A DNA stretch of 64,000 nt from Saccostrea echinata. Its lineage: Eukaryota. The stretch covers positions 6,262,001 through 6,326,000 of the forward strand of contig NW_026889805.1 in the NCBI RefSeq assembly GCF_033153115.1, given 5' to 3'. Of the stretch, positions 40,901 to 53,000 are shown in pieces. The position numbers were made by a program, and so were the translations under genes. The notes below the pieces were generated by a model. The model was not told where the DNA came from, searched no databases, and was given only the letters and a program-made list of their open reading frames with translations. Every line of letters starts with the position of its first letter. Position 1 is the first letter of the stretch.

Positions 40901-40958
40901 CAGCTGCTAGCAGGTAAACGAAGCTGGAGATTACAAGGCGCTGTGCTATTTTATCCAT
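32664..40958 (-). CDS. Cupin_5/DUF985 (YML079W-like) cupin protein. Exons 40958-40847 (tentative), 35716-35590, 34494-34371, 34283-34118, 32761-32664; 208 aa, or 170 aa from the ATG at 35714
   Basis: Spliced translation LVRSLGLTPHPEGGFFSEQYR..GPRDGGSCIYYLL..SFHLPLFDEIFLWHAGGP..ILG..YQVTVQHDTW..YTLFGAVVIPGWDLQDW shows the family motifs; GT-AG and in phase; not visible in the ORF track. Confidence 0.88.
32775..33600 (-). mobile_element. HINE-like element (reverse orientation) in a cupin intron
   Basis: aacaagatgcctatgggtcacaatgctaacctgag...ggatggacaga...ctcacttgaccctttagttcaggtgagc; mirror of the 29087-type head. Confidence 0.65.
34572..34748. mobile_element. Tc1/mariner-type MITE
   Basis: cagtaaaatttgtctaatcc...ggattagacaagtttcactg. 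Confidence 0.65.
34780..35190. repeat. Degenerate ~21-bp tandem repeat in inverted arms
   Basis: Repeated tatgttgacttgtcagataa and its complement ctgacaagtcaacata. Confidence 0.6.
36016..36763. mobile_element. ~750-bp foldback element with TTAAAG...CTTTAA termini
   Basis: ttaaaggggcttagacacagatttgaag...cttcaaatctgtgtctaagcacctttaa; arms complementary in to aacacacccgg/ccgggtgtgtt. Confidence 0.85.
37286..38657 (-). mobile_element. Second copy of the 25238-26468 HINE family, interrupted by a SINE
   Basis: Reverse-complement termini tgtgtttgtgaaacattgatgtcccc...gcccccgaatcttcgattacgggggcataaaa; same ~120-bp monomers. Confidence 0.85.
37563..37870 (+). mobile_element. tRNA-derived SINE with a Deu/Nin-like core
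   Basis: A-box tggtgcagaagttag, B-box ggttcgaatcc, core cggatgagacgtataaaccgaggtcc...aaagatccc, (taaaa)n tail. Confidence 0.8.
38794..39185. repeat. 150-bp palindromic MITE followed by a degenerate aacgaatttaattcgttata tandem
   Basis: cacaggtacttgtggacag...ctgtccacaagtacctgtg (38794-38948), then ~40-bp-period repeats. Confidence 0.65.
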
Positions 40959-41221
40959 TTTTCTGGTAAAGTAACTTTGAAGCTGTTTTATTTAAATACT
41001 GACTAGAAGTATAAACTATTAGCATTTGTTTTTCACATCAGTAAGTGCAAAATAAAATGCCAGAAGGTTGAAAATCCACGTGAAAAATTTGTACTTTCGG
41101 TTTCAATATATGTAACATTGGAAGCTTGCATTTCCAGCATATTAATGAGGTTAACGTTCAATAAATACATACGACATTAAAGTGATTTTTAACTATATTG
41201 TAGATTGTTCTTGGTGTGTGT

Positions 41222-42865
41222 ATGCCTTCATTATTCGGATTATTGCGGCGAACTTTCACGACCATGAGCCAAACAGGGAGTTATTCGGTGGCCTTCGTTA
41301 CAATTGACAAAATGGAAGCAGCAAAAAAATTGGCAGCGTATGTCTAGAAATCACTCCCCACTTTCTTTATCTCTGATTTTGTAGATTAAGCATATATTTA
41401 TTGAAATAAATATAGATATTTACATATACATATCGATGTTTTATTAACAGTGGTTTGGTCAAGGAGAAGCACGCAGCCTGTGTTAATATCATTCCAGGAT
41501 TAATATCTGTGTAAGGATTCTTAAAATTTGTCTATAAAATATCAATCATACTATGTTTTTCTTATAGTTTGTTTGGTTGTGAAACATTGATGTAAGTAAA
41601 TATGTTTATTCCAGTTATGAATGGGAGGGGAAAATCAATGAAGATCCAGAGTTGTTGCTGGTATGAGTTTTTCTCTTATGATTTATCTCAGAATGAATCA
41701 TCTTATGTAATCATAAGAGTTTTTTTTAAAGTGGTCAATCTTTTTTTTCTAATTTGTATAATAACTATTTTTTGTTTTTTACTTTTCGTGCAGAAAATAA
41801 AAACAGCAACAAGTAAAGTGGATGATGTTATCAAGTATGTCAGGTAGGCTGAAATAGAAACCGACATTTATTTAAACAGGAGTTATTATGGCTGTATCAG
41901 GACTTTGTCATAAATTTCACATTGAGTATATATATAAACTGTATTATTCACATTTTGTGTATTCACTTGTTGTAATTGTGCAGGTGTGGATTCAGGTGTG
42001 GGTGCTCATGGCATGCCCTCTAAAACCAAAAAAAAAAAAAGAGTAGGATGTATCATTGTCATACATCGATGCAATAAAGGTAAAAATACTGTCAATTATG
42101 TCTAAAAATTAGACATACATGTACTAATTTAGACCGACTTGGGATGTCGGCAGCACCCAAAGGAAACCCCTTGCCATCTAATAGCACCCCTTTAGTATAA
42201 AATCCTGGATCCGCGCCTGCTGTGTGATGCAAAAAAATATAATTTAACACTTTCACTGTATTTATATGAAAGTTCCATGCCACTTATCTGTTCAGCCTCT
42301 TTTGATACTTGAGTGATATTATTCTCATATAAACTAGTTTAACATTGGGATATTGTTACGTCATTGTGTCATCATGCTCTGTATTTAATAAAAGATGTAA
42401 ATCATTAAGAGATATGTACAGTGTAAGAAAGACAACTGGGGAATGTAGATACTTTGATAGTAAAACCTGTAAATAATTACAGAGAACTTCCTTTTAATAT
42501 TTTGTAATTTTTCCCAAAATTATGATCCACTTACTACCATGTACCTGTGCAGCATCTCTGAGTTTAATAATGTTACAAGTATTTTAATGTCCTGGAATTA
42601 ACTGCCAAATATTCATTGCTAGTTTGCATTTTTTTTTCAGGGAGAATCATCCCTATGACGTAGCTGAAGTCATTAGTGTTAAGGTAATGTACAATTCAGA
42701 TGTTATTTATCTAAAGGGTCAAATCCTTCATTATCAGCAAGGAGCTCCAATGTAAATGAATTTTTCCAGATAAATCTTCCATTTTCACTCTCTGATTTTC
42801 AGATTGATAATGGGAATGAGCCATACTTGAAATGGATAGATGAAGTTGTTGGAAGTAAACCGTAG
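41222..42865 (+). CDS. CUTA: CutA divalent-cation tolerance homolog. Exons 41222-41337, 41451-41510, 41615-41660, 41794-41843, 42641-42683, 42803-42865 (125 aa; second ATG at 41264)
   Basis: Translation SVAFVTIDKMEAAKKLAAGLVKEKHAACVNIIPGLISVYEWEGKINEDPELLLKIKT..VRENHPYDVAEVISVKIDNGNEPYLKWI has the canonical CutA motifs. Confidence 0.95.
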
Positions 42866-43814
42866 ATCTAAAGTATAAACATCTGTACAAGGCAATCTTT
42901 CCTCCGTCTAATGCACATGCTTACTATTGTAAAGTTTTATTACCATTCTAAAAATTGAAAAAACATGAATCTTTAAAAGATTGTTTTTTAATTTTAACTT
43001 TTAAATTGCACTATTTCTCTTTTGCAAACTAAGTGGTTGTACTCTATTTTGGATTTATACCATTGTATAAATAGATTATAATTTTTTGTGCACATCTTAT
43101 AAAGATTGTGCAGTGAGTCAAATAGTCTCTGTAACCCCTCCTAGGCTTGAAAAGTCAATAAATATATGAAAAGTTTCAATGAAGCTGTTGAAATTGTCAT
43201 TTTATTGTAGTTATGTTTTATGAATTAAAACTGAAGAACATTCAATGCAAGTAACCTACTCACAATTAAAAATAAGTTTATGAAGCATTTGATAGAAAAT
43301 TACTAACAATCAAACAGTGTTATTACAGATGTTTACACAGTACATTGCTATATCTATGACTCGATCACCAGAATACTTTTCATTCATGTACTGTAGTATT
43401 ATTTTTTTGCACCTGGTTGAATTCAGTACTGCCTATAAAATTTATCTTACATATTATGTTTGCAAATTAACATTCAAATTACAAAGAACATAAAATTCAT
43501 CTGTGTGATGTTAGCAGGCAGTCTGTTGCCAAAGTACAGTAACAGAATAATTTACAACCTATGCAATTAAACTGTCTACATGTACTACTATCCCATTTAA
43601 AAAATCCTAAAAATACAGTACATGTATTTCAAAAACTGCTAGATTTTCAACTTTACCTTGAATAAAATACATACTAGTACATATGTATATTGATGATCTA
43701 TTTTAAAGTCAGTACTTGCGTAATTCAACCAGTGGTAAGTTGAAATGTTTATTTACATTTTTCGGAGGTGATAGACTATTTTCTAACCAGAGGAAGTATA
43801 AAGAGTTTTGTTGA

Positions 43815-45872
43815 CTATTCAAATTGAAATATTTTCACGACGCTTTTGTCCCCTTGAGTGATCAGCAGACGGTCTTCTTTGTCGTCGTATGCTACTGCGC
43901 GTGGGTATGACACTTCTTCACGTGATATGATGGTTCTCAATCGGTCTCCCTCTGGAGACACCACTTGCACACTTTTAGCATGGTTCCTACAAACGTAGAG
44001 ATTACCTTCACGGTCTAACGTGATACCTGCCACGTGACTAAGATCGATGGTGGAATAGGTGTAGCAATGTTCAGAGGTCTCCGTCAAACATGTTATACAC
44101 CCTCGGCGCTCGTCCGACACGTAAATCACGGTACCAGCGTTATTTGACGTCACATAGATCGGCCGCGAAAATAATGGGCTCCCGTCGTCGTCAACGCCAA
44201 TGGCAGCAAGCTCACGCCCGTCTGAAGAAATCACCTTTAATGCTGGAGGTTTTCCGTCATAGCAAAGTGCAAAGAACTTTCCGCGAACATGCTTGATTCC
44301 GAAACAAGCCTCTTCAGTTGTAAAATAGTCGGACATCTTGATGGAGTCCCCGATGGACAGCAGCTGTATGCCATGCTCCTCCGGAAGTGTCACGGCAATC
44401 TCGTTTTCGCCAACAACAGTCACGTCCCAGGGTTTTGTTGTGAAGAATATGCTGTTCAACAACCGGTACGTCTTACTGAAGAGCTTCAGTTTCCGGTTGG
44501 AGCGATCTACGAGCGCAAACCTGCCATCGCTGAGAAAGGCTGCTCCCGTGTACCAACACTCTTTAATGTCGTCCTCCATTTTGGCGTCAAACGATTTAAC
44601 GAGTTCGGCGTTTCGTCCCTTGAGTGACAGAGTGGACTTGAATTGTTTTCCTTGTTCTATAGATTTTTCAATTGTTACAGTGTTGGGAAATGGCTGCAGC
44701 TTGGATGGCGAATGACGGGCATGCAATTCTCCATACTTCTTGACTTTATTCAGCAGTGTTTCAATATGATCGTCAATTTCGAAAACGTACTCACAATCTT
44801 GGATTTTCCCTCGCAATTTGCCCATCTCCTCTTCATACCAGAGGCATTCCCGTTTCACCTCTTCAATAGTTTTAATCAGTTTAGAATCTGAACCATGATT
44901 TTCGGTGACGTACAGCAAATCATGTGCGTTTGTCACCGCTGTTTGAATCTTCTTAGATTTGTGAATCTCTCTCTCCATTGTCTTGGTCTCCACGGCATGC
45001 ATATCACTCAACTCTTTCTTAATGGCTTTCTCCAATTTGTCCAAAATATTGATGACATTAATGCGAATCTGGGCAAACTCCTCTATCAGTTTCGATTTCT
45101 GCTCGTCAAGACTCATCAGTTTGTTGGTTCTGGCAGCAATGATCTTCTCTATATGATCATTGTATTCGTCCAGGTTTTTCTTGAGGAATTCCGGTGTTTT
45201 ATCAAGACGACTTTGTTTTACCGCGTCCATTACGGATACTACTCGGTCACAGCGCCTGTGTTCCTCAGCTACACAGTTTGGGCAGCACAGCTCTTTGTCC
45301 GTCATGCAGTACATATCGAGAGTCTTACCAAGGTGTTTCTGACAAAATTCCTGCTGCTCTTGAAGCAACGAAATGTGCTTCATAAACTCTTCCTTACTAA
45401 GAACAGTATGTTCCATTGAGACACGCATCCCATGATGCACTTTTGCACAGTTTTTGCAAAGTCCATCCCGACACTCCTTGCACCAAGAAACCACTTCGGA
45501 CTTGTCTCCATTGCGCGTGCAGGGACCACACGTTTTCTCGCCTCTTTTCAGAAGTTCGACGTCGAGAAGATCCAAGAGGAATGTGTTTAGCGGAAATTTC
45601 GTCGTCCAGTTTTTGGCGGGCTGTGACGAGAACTTGGACACATCGATAGCCTTACTACACGTGGGACATATATACTCTGTCGGATTGGATGTTTGTCCTC
45701 CCTTTTTAACACTGGCTTTGGCGATGTAGTCATTAATGTTTTTGTAAAGACAGCTTTCGCAGTAGGAATGTAAACATGGTAAGGTTCTAGGTTGAGTAAA
45801 CCATTGATTACATAGTCCACATGTTAGAAACCTCTCATTGATCTTTATATCCCCGCGTCCTGTCTTTGCCAT
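43815..45872 (-). CDS. Intronless TRIM E3 ligase (RING, two B-boxes, coiled coil, NHL-like beta-propeller); TRIM56/TRIM2/3/71-like
   Basis: C3HC4 RING CGLC..LPCLHSYCESC..CPTC; B-box1 CGPC..CKEC..CKNC..H; B-box2 CQKH..C..CCPNC..H; propeller text DRSNRKLKLF, PWDVTV, GITLDREGNLYVC. Confidence 0.93.
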   Translation of the reverse strand: MAKTGRGDIKINERFLTCGLCNQWFTQPRTLPCLHSYCESCLYKNINDYIAKASVKKGGQTSNPTEYICPTCSKAIDVSKFSSQPAKNWTTKFPLNTFLLDLLDVELLKRGEKTCGPCTRNGDKSEVVSWCKECRDGLCKNCAKVHHGMRVSMEHTVLSKEEFMKHISLLQEQQEFCQKHLGKTLDMYCMTDKELCCPNCVAEEHRRCDRVVSVMDAVKQSRLDKTPEFLKKNLDEYNDHIEKIIAARTNKLMSLDEQKSKLIEEFAQIRINVINILDKLEKAIKKELSDMHAVETKTMEREIHKSKKIQTAVTNAHDLLYVTENHGSDSKLIKTIEEVKRECLWYEEEMGKLRGKIQDCEYVFEIDDHIETLLNKVKKYGELHARHSPSKLQPFPNTVTIEKSIEQGKQFKSTLSLKGRNAELVKSFDAKMEDDIKECWYTGAAFLSDGRFALVDRSNRKLKLFSKTYRLLNSIFFTTKPWDVTVVGENEIAVTLPEEHGIQLLSIGDSIKMSDYFTTEEACFGIKHVRGKFFALCYDGKPPALKVISSDGRELAAIGVDDDGSPLFSRPIYVTSNNAGTVIYVSDERRGCITCLTETSEHCYTYSTIDLSHVAGITLDREGNLYVCRNHAKSVQVVSPEGDRLRTIISREEVSYPRAVAYDDKEDRLLITQGDKSVVKIFQFE

Positions 45873-47319
45873 CCTGAATGTTTGTCCTTAATATCCGTCA
45901 GATCGATTCTGCAGTGGTAATCTATTGACAATTTCTTTTCTCATTTCTTTTGCGTGTACACAGATCTGTTTTGTGGCATTGCTATAGGAAACGCTGTTTT
46001 ATGTTTCTGATTGAATTAAATAAAATGACGCTTACTTCAATATCATCTCAATATGATTTCGCTTGAATGATCATTGAGCATTGAAAAAGATTTCATTTCA
46101 TTGTTGAATTTTAAATACATTTAAATATCTTTAACTTCACTCCGCAGAGTAAGGTACCAGAGTTTCCGGTATTTATTACCAAACAAAGAGCTATCCCTGT
46201 TTGGTATATAATGCACTTCAGAAGAAAAGAAAATTTGGAAGTTTTTACGGAAAATGTATTTCGGTTATTGAAGTTGGAATTTCTTTAAAAAAAAATACCA
46301 CAGCCCCTTTCGAAGCTGTTACCAATTGTTTTAGAACTTAAGCAATTGATAAGTAAAAAGAAATCATTTACAGATAGAAGTGCATGCTTACGTATGAAGC
46401 ATCTTTTACTTTTCCAACCACATGTTGTATGTTATATTCTTCAGTTTTCTTTGAACACTGTGACACTATAGAGTGATGCTTGTAACATCGTTATTTATGT
46501 TATGATGTATACACTGTACAAAGTGGACAACTTGTAAGTACATGTACTTCATACCCCCTAAGGTATATAAAGTTTTCGTACAAGTACCATCTTCCCGATC
46601 AATTTTCCCTTGTGCCTAATTCACAAATTTAGGAAGCATGAAGAGTATATATATAAATATTCGGAAATGTTTGATAATGAATTTATATTTTTTTAATATT
46701 ATGAGGAAAAGGGAGACCATAACTGTGAAAAAAGAGGTTCTACACATCTGATCTGACTTCAATAAAAATTGGTACATAAGTAGATTTTATGATGAAGAAA
46801 GTTATTTCTTTGGTTATTTTCTATTTTATTCTTTCGTTTCTCCAATTCGTCTGTTAGCACTGTTATTTCGTTGCAGTAGTTCAGCGTTTCAGAAACAACT
46901 GCATAGGTTTTTATGAACGAACCGGGGAAACTTTGAACACGAGTTGCCGTTTCATTCATTATTTGCAAAGGCATAAATGCAGTAATGGATTTAATCAATG
47001 GTAGTATCGCATATATTTCGTTAGCAGCTATATTATTTTCTGAGCAAAAAGACATTTTCAACAAATTTTATTCATTTTTTTTAAAAATGAAATTTATTCA
47101 AATTAGCTTTTCTGACCCCCCCCCCCCCCTTCCCCCCTTTCGAAAGTACACTGAAGCTGATGCAATAAAATCGTTTTTTTTTTTCTGACAGTATAACTGC
47201 AAAAGAAATTAATTGAGACTCATATAATTTTAATATTTTAAAGAAAATGAAAGAAAGACAACTTAACTTCGTGCAAACATTTAAATAAAAAATTGTGACA
47301 TTAAAGCATGAAATTCGTC

Positions 47320-47640
47320 TTAGGACTTGTCAATAAGATTTCTTATACTTGCATAGTTTTGTGAAACAACAGTGACATATCTTATGATTATCATACATAT
47401 CTTCAGATTATCTTTAAGATCTATCCTAGGACAAATCTTACGATAGTTTTGCGAAACCCGGTCCAAGAACCAGGAATGTATTTTCCTGGACCGGGCACAA
47501 AAATATCGTAAGATTTGTCCTAAGACAGATCTTCCGATCATTTTAAGATCTGACTCATGACAATCATAAGACATGTCACAGCCGTTTCACAAAACTATCT
47601 TCAGTATAAGAAATATTATATAAATCTTAGGACAAATTTT
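47320..47640. repeat. Back-to-back inverted transposon ends (atagttttgtgaaac family); related end at about 49690-49748
   Basis: atagttttgtgaaac/gtttcacaaaactat and taggacaaatcttacgat/atcgtaagatttgtccta mirrored about ~47480. Confidence 0.6.
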
Positions 47641-48652
47641 ATGCTTCAATATTAAAAGGAAATTAAGAAAAATGTTTGCACGATTTTTAGTTGTCCTTCT
47701 TTAAAGTTTTAAGATTGAAGTAATAGTGCGTCTTAAATAATTTCTTCTGGAGGAATATGCTCGGAAATAACATTTAGTTGCATCAACTACAATGTAATTT
47801 GAAAGGGGGGGGGGGTTGAAAACCTAAATTTAAGTACATTTGATAACAAAGTCTATGTGAGAAAAGAAAGTACATGCATGTATATGTATTGAATAAAATA
47901 TGCATAAATGTCTTTTTGCTCAAAATTAAATGGTCGTTGATAAAATGCATAATGTGATACCAATTTAAATTAAATCCACTACTACATTTGTGCCTATACA
48001 AATAATGAAAGTCAATTGTAACACCAAAGCGTGTTCAAAGTCTATGCGTTCATGGTGTCTTTTACTGATACTGAAATAACCGTGCTATCTGCCGAAGAAG
48101 AGAATTATCAATCAGAATTTAGCAGTTGCGAATGCTTTGAAAAATGAAACATGTACAGGCCCGTAGGAAGCAATTCCAGTTTGGGGGGGGGGGGCACAGC
48201 CATACATTTTCAGTTAAGGGGGCACTATCTACTACCAAAAATTTCTTGACAAGCAAAAAAAAAAAGTCATCAGACGTTTTTATTGAGGGGGCACAGGCAT
48301 ATATTATTAATATTCTCTATAGTAATCTATATATCGGCAAAATTATAGGGGAGGGGGCGTCCCGGTGCCCCCCCCCCCCCGGTTCCTACGGCCATGATGT
48401 ACATGTAGCGTCAAATGTTACAGCAGTAATTACATGTATAACCGATTAGATCAGGTCGGTCAGGTGTGTTATTAAGTGTATTGAGTTTTCATATACATTC
48501 TGGCGGATGAAGGGGAGGGGGTACCTCAAGAGTTAAAACTATTTCATCTTATTCTGTAAAACTTAATTTCTGAAAAAAAGTCATGTAATAAAGTAAATTA
48601 AAATGCTTTACAAATGTAGGGTGGTTTCATGTAGAAGCCAAAGTTCGATTTT

Positions 48653-48825
48653 NNNNNNNNNNNNNNNNNNNNNNNNNNNNNNNNNNNNNNNNNNNNNNNN
48701 NNNNNNNNNNNNNNNNNNNNNNNNNNNNNNNNNNNNNNNNNNNNNNNNNNNNNNNNNNNNNNNNNNNNNNNNNNNNNNNNNNNNNNNNNNNNNNNNNNNN
48801 NNNNNNNNNNNNNNNNNNNNNNNNN
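48653..48825. other. Assembly gap (173 N)
   Basis: Run of N. Confidence 1.
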
Positions 48826-49706
48826 TTTTTTGTATATGAATATATCAAATTGCATTAGCCATTTTACAACATTGCATAAACGTTTGAAAACTAGAATGAG
48901 AAATGCTTGGTCATAGAAGATATGATGTTCTAGCGAAAAATTAAACTTCGCTAATTGGTTTAAAATTAAAAAAAAAAATGTTGAATTAAGTTATAAATGA
49001 TGTTTGGATCTTGCAGGAAACAATTTCTGTTGGGAGGAGGGGTGCACATAGACACAATTTCAGTTAGAAAGGGGGCATAACCACACAAAAATTCCCACTC
49101 TCTGCATTCATCTCTGTCGTTGTCTCGCATATATCACAGTGTTAAGCACAAGAAATAGTGCGTGTGTTCTAATTCAAATAATTCCCTGCGCTAATGTTTG
49201 TCTTTTAAAGTAGATATTTCCTAAATAGATATAGAACTATTAGTATAATTTTGAATAATCCTTGGAATGTCATGTTTTCTACTTTATGTCAAAAATTTTG
49301 ACGCGAGCCCATTTGCAGAGGTGTCTGAGAGAGGAACGAACGGCAACTCTGCATAGGAGATTGAAAAATTCCTTGACAAGCAAAAAGAATAATGGTGCAC
49401 AACCTTAAAGTAGCTATGTTTTCTATCGTAGAATATTTATTGGCAAAATCATTTATGGTGGAAAAGGGGGAGGGCAAGGTTCCAGCAGGCCTAATTTCAT
49501 CCGAAAGATTGCTCTATACATGTAAATACCGTTTTCCTCTAAAAATTCTTTGGTTTTTAGCCAAATGAAATACTGTCGCCATTTTCACTTTAAACTTAAG
49601 ACAGGTATCTAGTTTCGTAAGATTCAGATAGATATTAAGATTTTCAAAAGATATGAGTTTTCTGAAACAGTTGTGATGTAATCCTGCGATAAGTTTTGGT
49701 CTTAAG

Positions 49707-49739
<33 letters not shown>

Positions 49740-50048
49740 GGTTCCCTGGTAAGTAATTAATGTATAAAGGCACGTGTGTATTACAAAACCTTCACGATGC
49801 TAATGAGAGGTTTGAACAAAATAAAAGATTAACCGAAGGGTGAAAATCGTGGTTTAGTTTACATACAAACCTAGTCTTCCACTTTCTTAACATATTTAAA
49901 TCGTTAAATTTTTAAATTACAAGAATGAACCACATTGCTACGAAACAAAACTAATATTAAGTTTAACGGATTCAAATGTGTTCTTAGGATAAAATGCTTA
50001 AATTCGTGTTTTTCATTACATTGAAAATTATTTTCACATTATTTCCAG

Positions 50049-53000
50049 GCATTGCGGGTAAGCATACAAATATAATGAAATAGGTAAAAGAAGTAGTGTA
50101 TTTATTGAAGATTTTCTTAGTGCACAACCTTTCTTTAAATATCAATAAAATTTTGTAATAAATATTTCATCTATGTAATATTTCACCAATTAATACAATT
50201 TTGTCTTTAAATTAAATTACAATTTATATTGGCATTCTTTTACAATTACTATGATTAAAAGATGGCGCCTGTACATTTCCGGATGCTCTGCGAGGTACAT
50301 GGATAAGCAGTAACTTTGGAGACGCTGAATTTACTGACACCATCATGTACTTATCACAGTACGACATTACATCGGACTCCACCACGTCAGGCACAGCTTC
50401 GAATTTTACCTGTGACTTTACTTCAGGAAGTTACTATGTCTTAAGGTAAGTAAGTATAAATACTATTGTCAAAAATTAAATAGTAATATTCATTTTATGC
50501 ACAATATTTTTTTTAAGTCAATCTGCCATAGCATTCGAAAAGGGATAAATACAATTATAGTTTTTAAGGTATTTCATAGTTATTAAAAAAACTGAAATCA
50601 CAAAATTTTGCTAAAATCAATAATTTCAAAACGTACGACTTTCCAACACTTTATACAACTATCACCGGGGGAATAAGTGTATAACTTTCCGGCAACAACG
50701 AAACATAAAAATGCTAATGATGGAATAGCACTTTATTATAAACTTAGGTCGGTAGGGTGAATTCTGGAAATCCAAAAATTGCACCCGAATAATCCGAAGC
50801 CTAGGACTTGACTGATTAACAATGTTGCATGTAACATATAAATAATAAAATATAACAATGACATTTAGCACAGTTCTGAGCATGAGTGATAGATGACTTA
50901 GATAGAATAACTCATGACATGTTGAGTAAATTGACACATTTTGAATTACATACATGTAGTTAATAGCATAATTAAAGTCTTCATGGTGTTTAAAGTAATT
51001 AGAGTTAATTAAAAGTATATTTTCAAAGTCAGCTAAAACATGTCACTAAAATTGTTTTTATCAAAAATTACACTGTGATACAACCATTTCCTACGATGAA
51101 TTAAAGTCCAGGCTTTTTGACATCACAAACAGCTGCTTTTTCAATAAAAATGGAACTCGTAAATTTACTAACCTTGTCATTGATCATTTGCAAAGATACT
51201 TTGAAGTAGAATTTAAAATATGATTGAGTTTCTGATTGAGAGTATCGTTTTTAAAGATCAGGTCTTCCAACTATCTGTCGAAGTTCCCATGGGTTCCAAT
51301 TACGCCCCGTTATTAACAGACCTATTTCTGTATTCAAATGGAGCAGAATTTATTCAAAAACTTGTACATGAGAAGTGTAGAAGTAGAAGACAGTTGCTTT
51401 GACCTTCAACTCGACATTTAGATATATCGACAATGTTTTATCAATTAACAATAGTGACTTCCTATGTCGACTCGATATATCCCTGTGAACTTGAAATAAA
51501 AGATACTACAGTCTGACACATCCGTTTCATATTTGGATATTTTACTAGAACAAAAATTTATGAAAAACGTGATTACTTCAACTTATCTGTCGTCAACATC
51601 CCTCAGTAATGTAGCAATATACATATACCCTTATCACCTGCATATGGGGTTATTATCTCTCAGTTGATTCGATACGCAAGAGTATGCTTCACGTATGAAC
51701 ACTTTCTAAAACGAGACAATTGACAAACAAGTTGATGAAACAAGGATATAAACAGTCTCGTTTAAAGTCATCATTTTGAAAGTTCCATGGTCGATACAAT
51801 GACCTTGTCAGTAAATATAATCATTAAGTCGAATGCTCAATAACTTTTTGATACTAATTGTTAGGCCATTATTTAAACACTGAGTTGTCTACGGATTTTT
51901 TCCGTTTGCTTGATCATGACAATGAGCACGTGTGACTGGTCGACAAGGGATGCATACTCCTCCATGGCACCTGATCCAACCTCTGATGTTTTAGAGGTCT
52001 GTGTTTGCTCTTCTCCCGATTGTATTGTTTCAATCAACTTTTGAGCTTGATTACTGTTCGTTATCTCCATATTTCATGTACTTACCTGCTAAAAAACTTT
52101 TTGAGAAGCAACTACAAATGCTATCTGTACATGTATATCAGAATATGTCATTATAAACAAAATACAGTGTAAGGTCCATATAAGTCAAAATAAGTCCCAA
52201 AACAAGTCATAGGAACAAATAAGTCGGAAAAACAAATAAAAAGTGAGGAAAAGGTCCGAAAAAGAGACGTATTGGTTTTGAAATTTTCAAATTTAAGTTA
52301 AAGACATTAACTTGGTTTATTCGAACGGCAATAATTATACAAAGATAAAAACTGCAAAAATATATAATATGATAACCTATAAAATCTGATACTTGTTAAT
52401 AATTTAAGGACAGCCAACAACTACACGAGTCCTTCAGCTGGCATTTACTACTGGTATCTCTGTTTGGAGCTGACATCCATAACAGCATATTCTTACTACT
52501 ATTATAATTCCAGAGGTTGGTCAATTTACTTTTTGTATTTTTTTGGTCTATATAAGTCTTATTACAGACGTGGATTTAAAGAGAAAATGCAGATATTTTT
52601 TTTATTTTTTGACTACCATTAAATTTAAAAATGAATTTAAAGGCTCTATAGTTGTTTTATTTCCCAGGCTATTTTGAAAGCAAATATATGCCTTGTTTGC
52701 ATGTCGTGAAGGTTTATTTTGAAAGCCTGTAATTATCTCTCGTTTGACTGTCTATGGGAATTGGCAAGGTTTTTAGTTTTCCGAATCTTAGGAAAAATCA
52801 GAATCGAAGGTGTAAACAAAGAACATACATGGAATTCTCGTAAACTTCTCTTAATTCTGACATTGTTACTTACAATTACTGCTTTCTTATTTAAAAAGAT
52901 TAACTCCCTTTAGAATTTTCCTGCTTTTCTGATCATGTTTTAACCTATTGTCATTATGGAGCGCCCAAATAGCATATTCTTAATTTTATAATTGAAAAAT

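Noticed and set aside
40793-41040. Upstream CutA coding exons overlapping cupin exon 1 antisense (MEYDLRKATKE|gt; 18-nt tag..gtaagt unit)
   Set aside because: Splice-like signals exist (acceptor at 41203 too) but there is no homology support; cannot be resolved without transcripts
41568-41591. 24-nt in-frame microexon in CutA (tag|...|gtaagt)
   Set aside because: The downstream intron would be only 23 nt, and the phase is incompatible with skipping to 41794
44090-45820. Multiple overlapping and antisense ORFs
   Set aside because: Shadows of the GC-richer TRIM coding sequence
46985-47188. Signal-peptide first exon of the membrane-protein gene
   Set aside because: Hydrophobic start but no phase-1 GT donor after it; the true first exon is unresolved and may lie in or near the gap
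48598-48855. ORFs containing X runs
   Set aside because: Artefacts of the N gap
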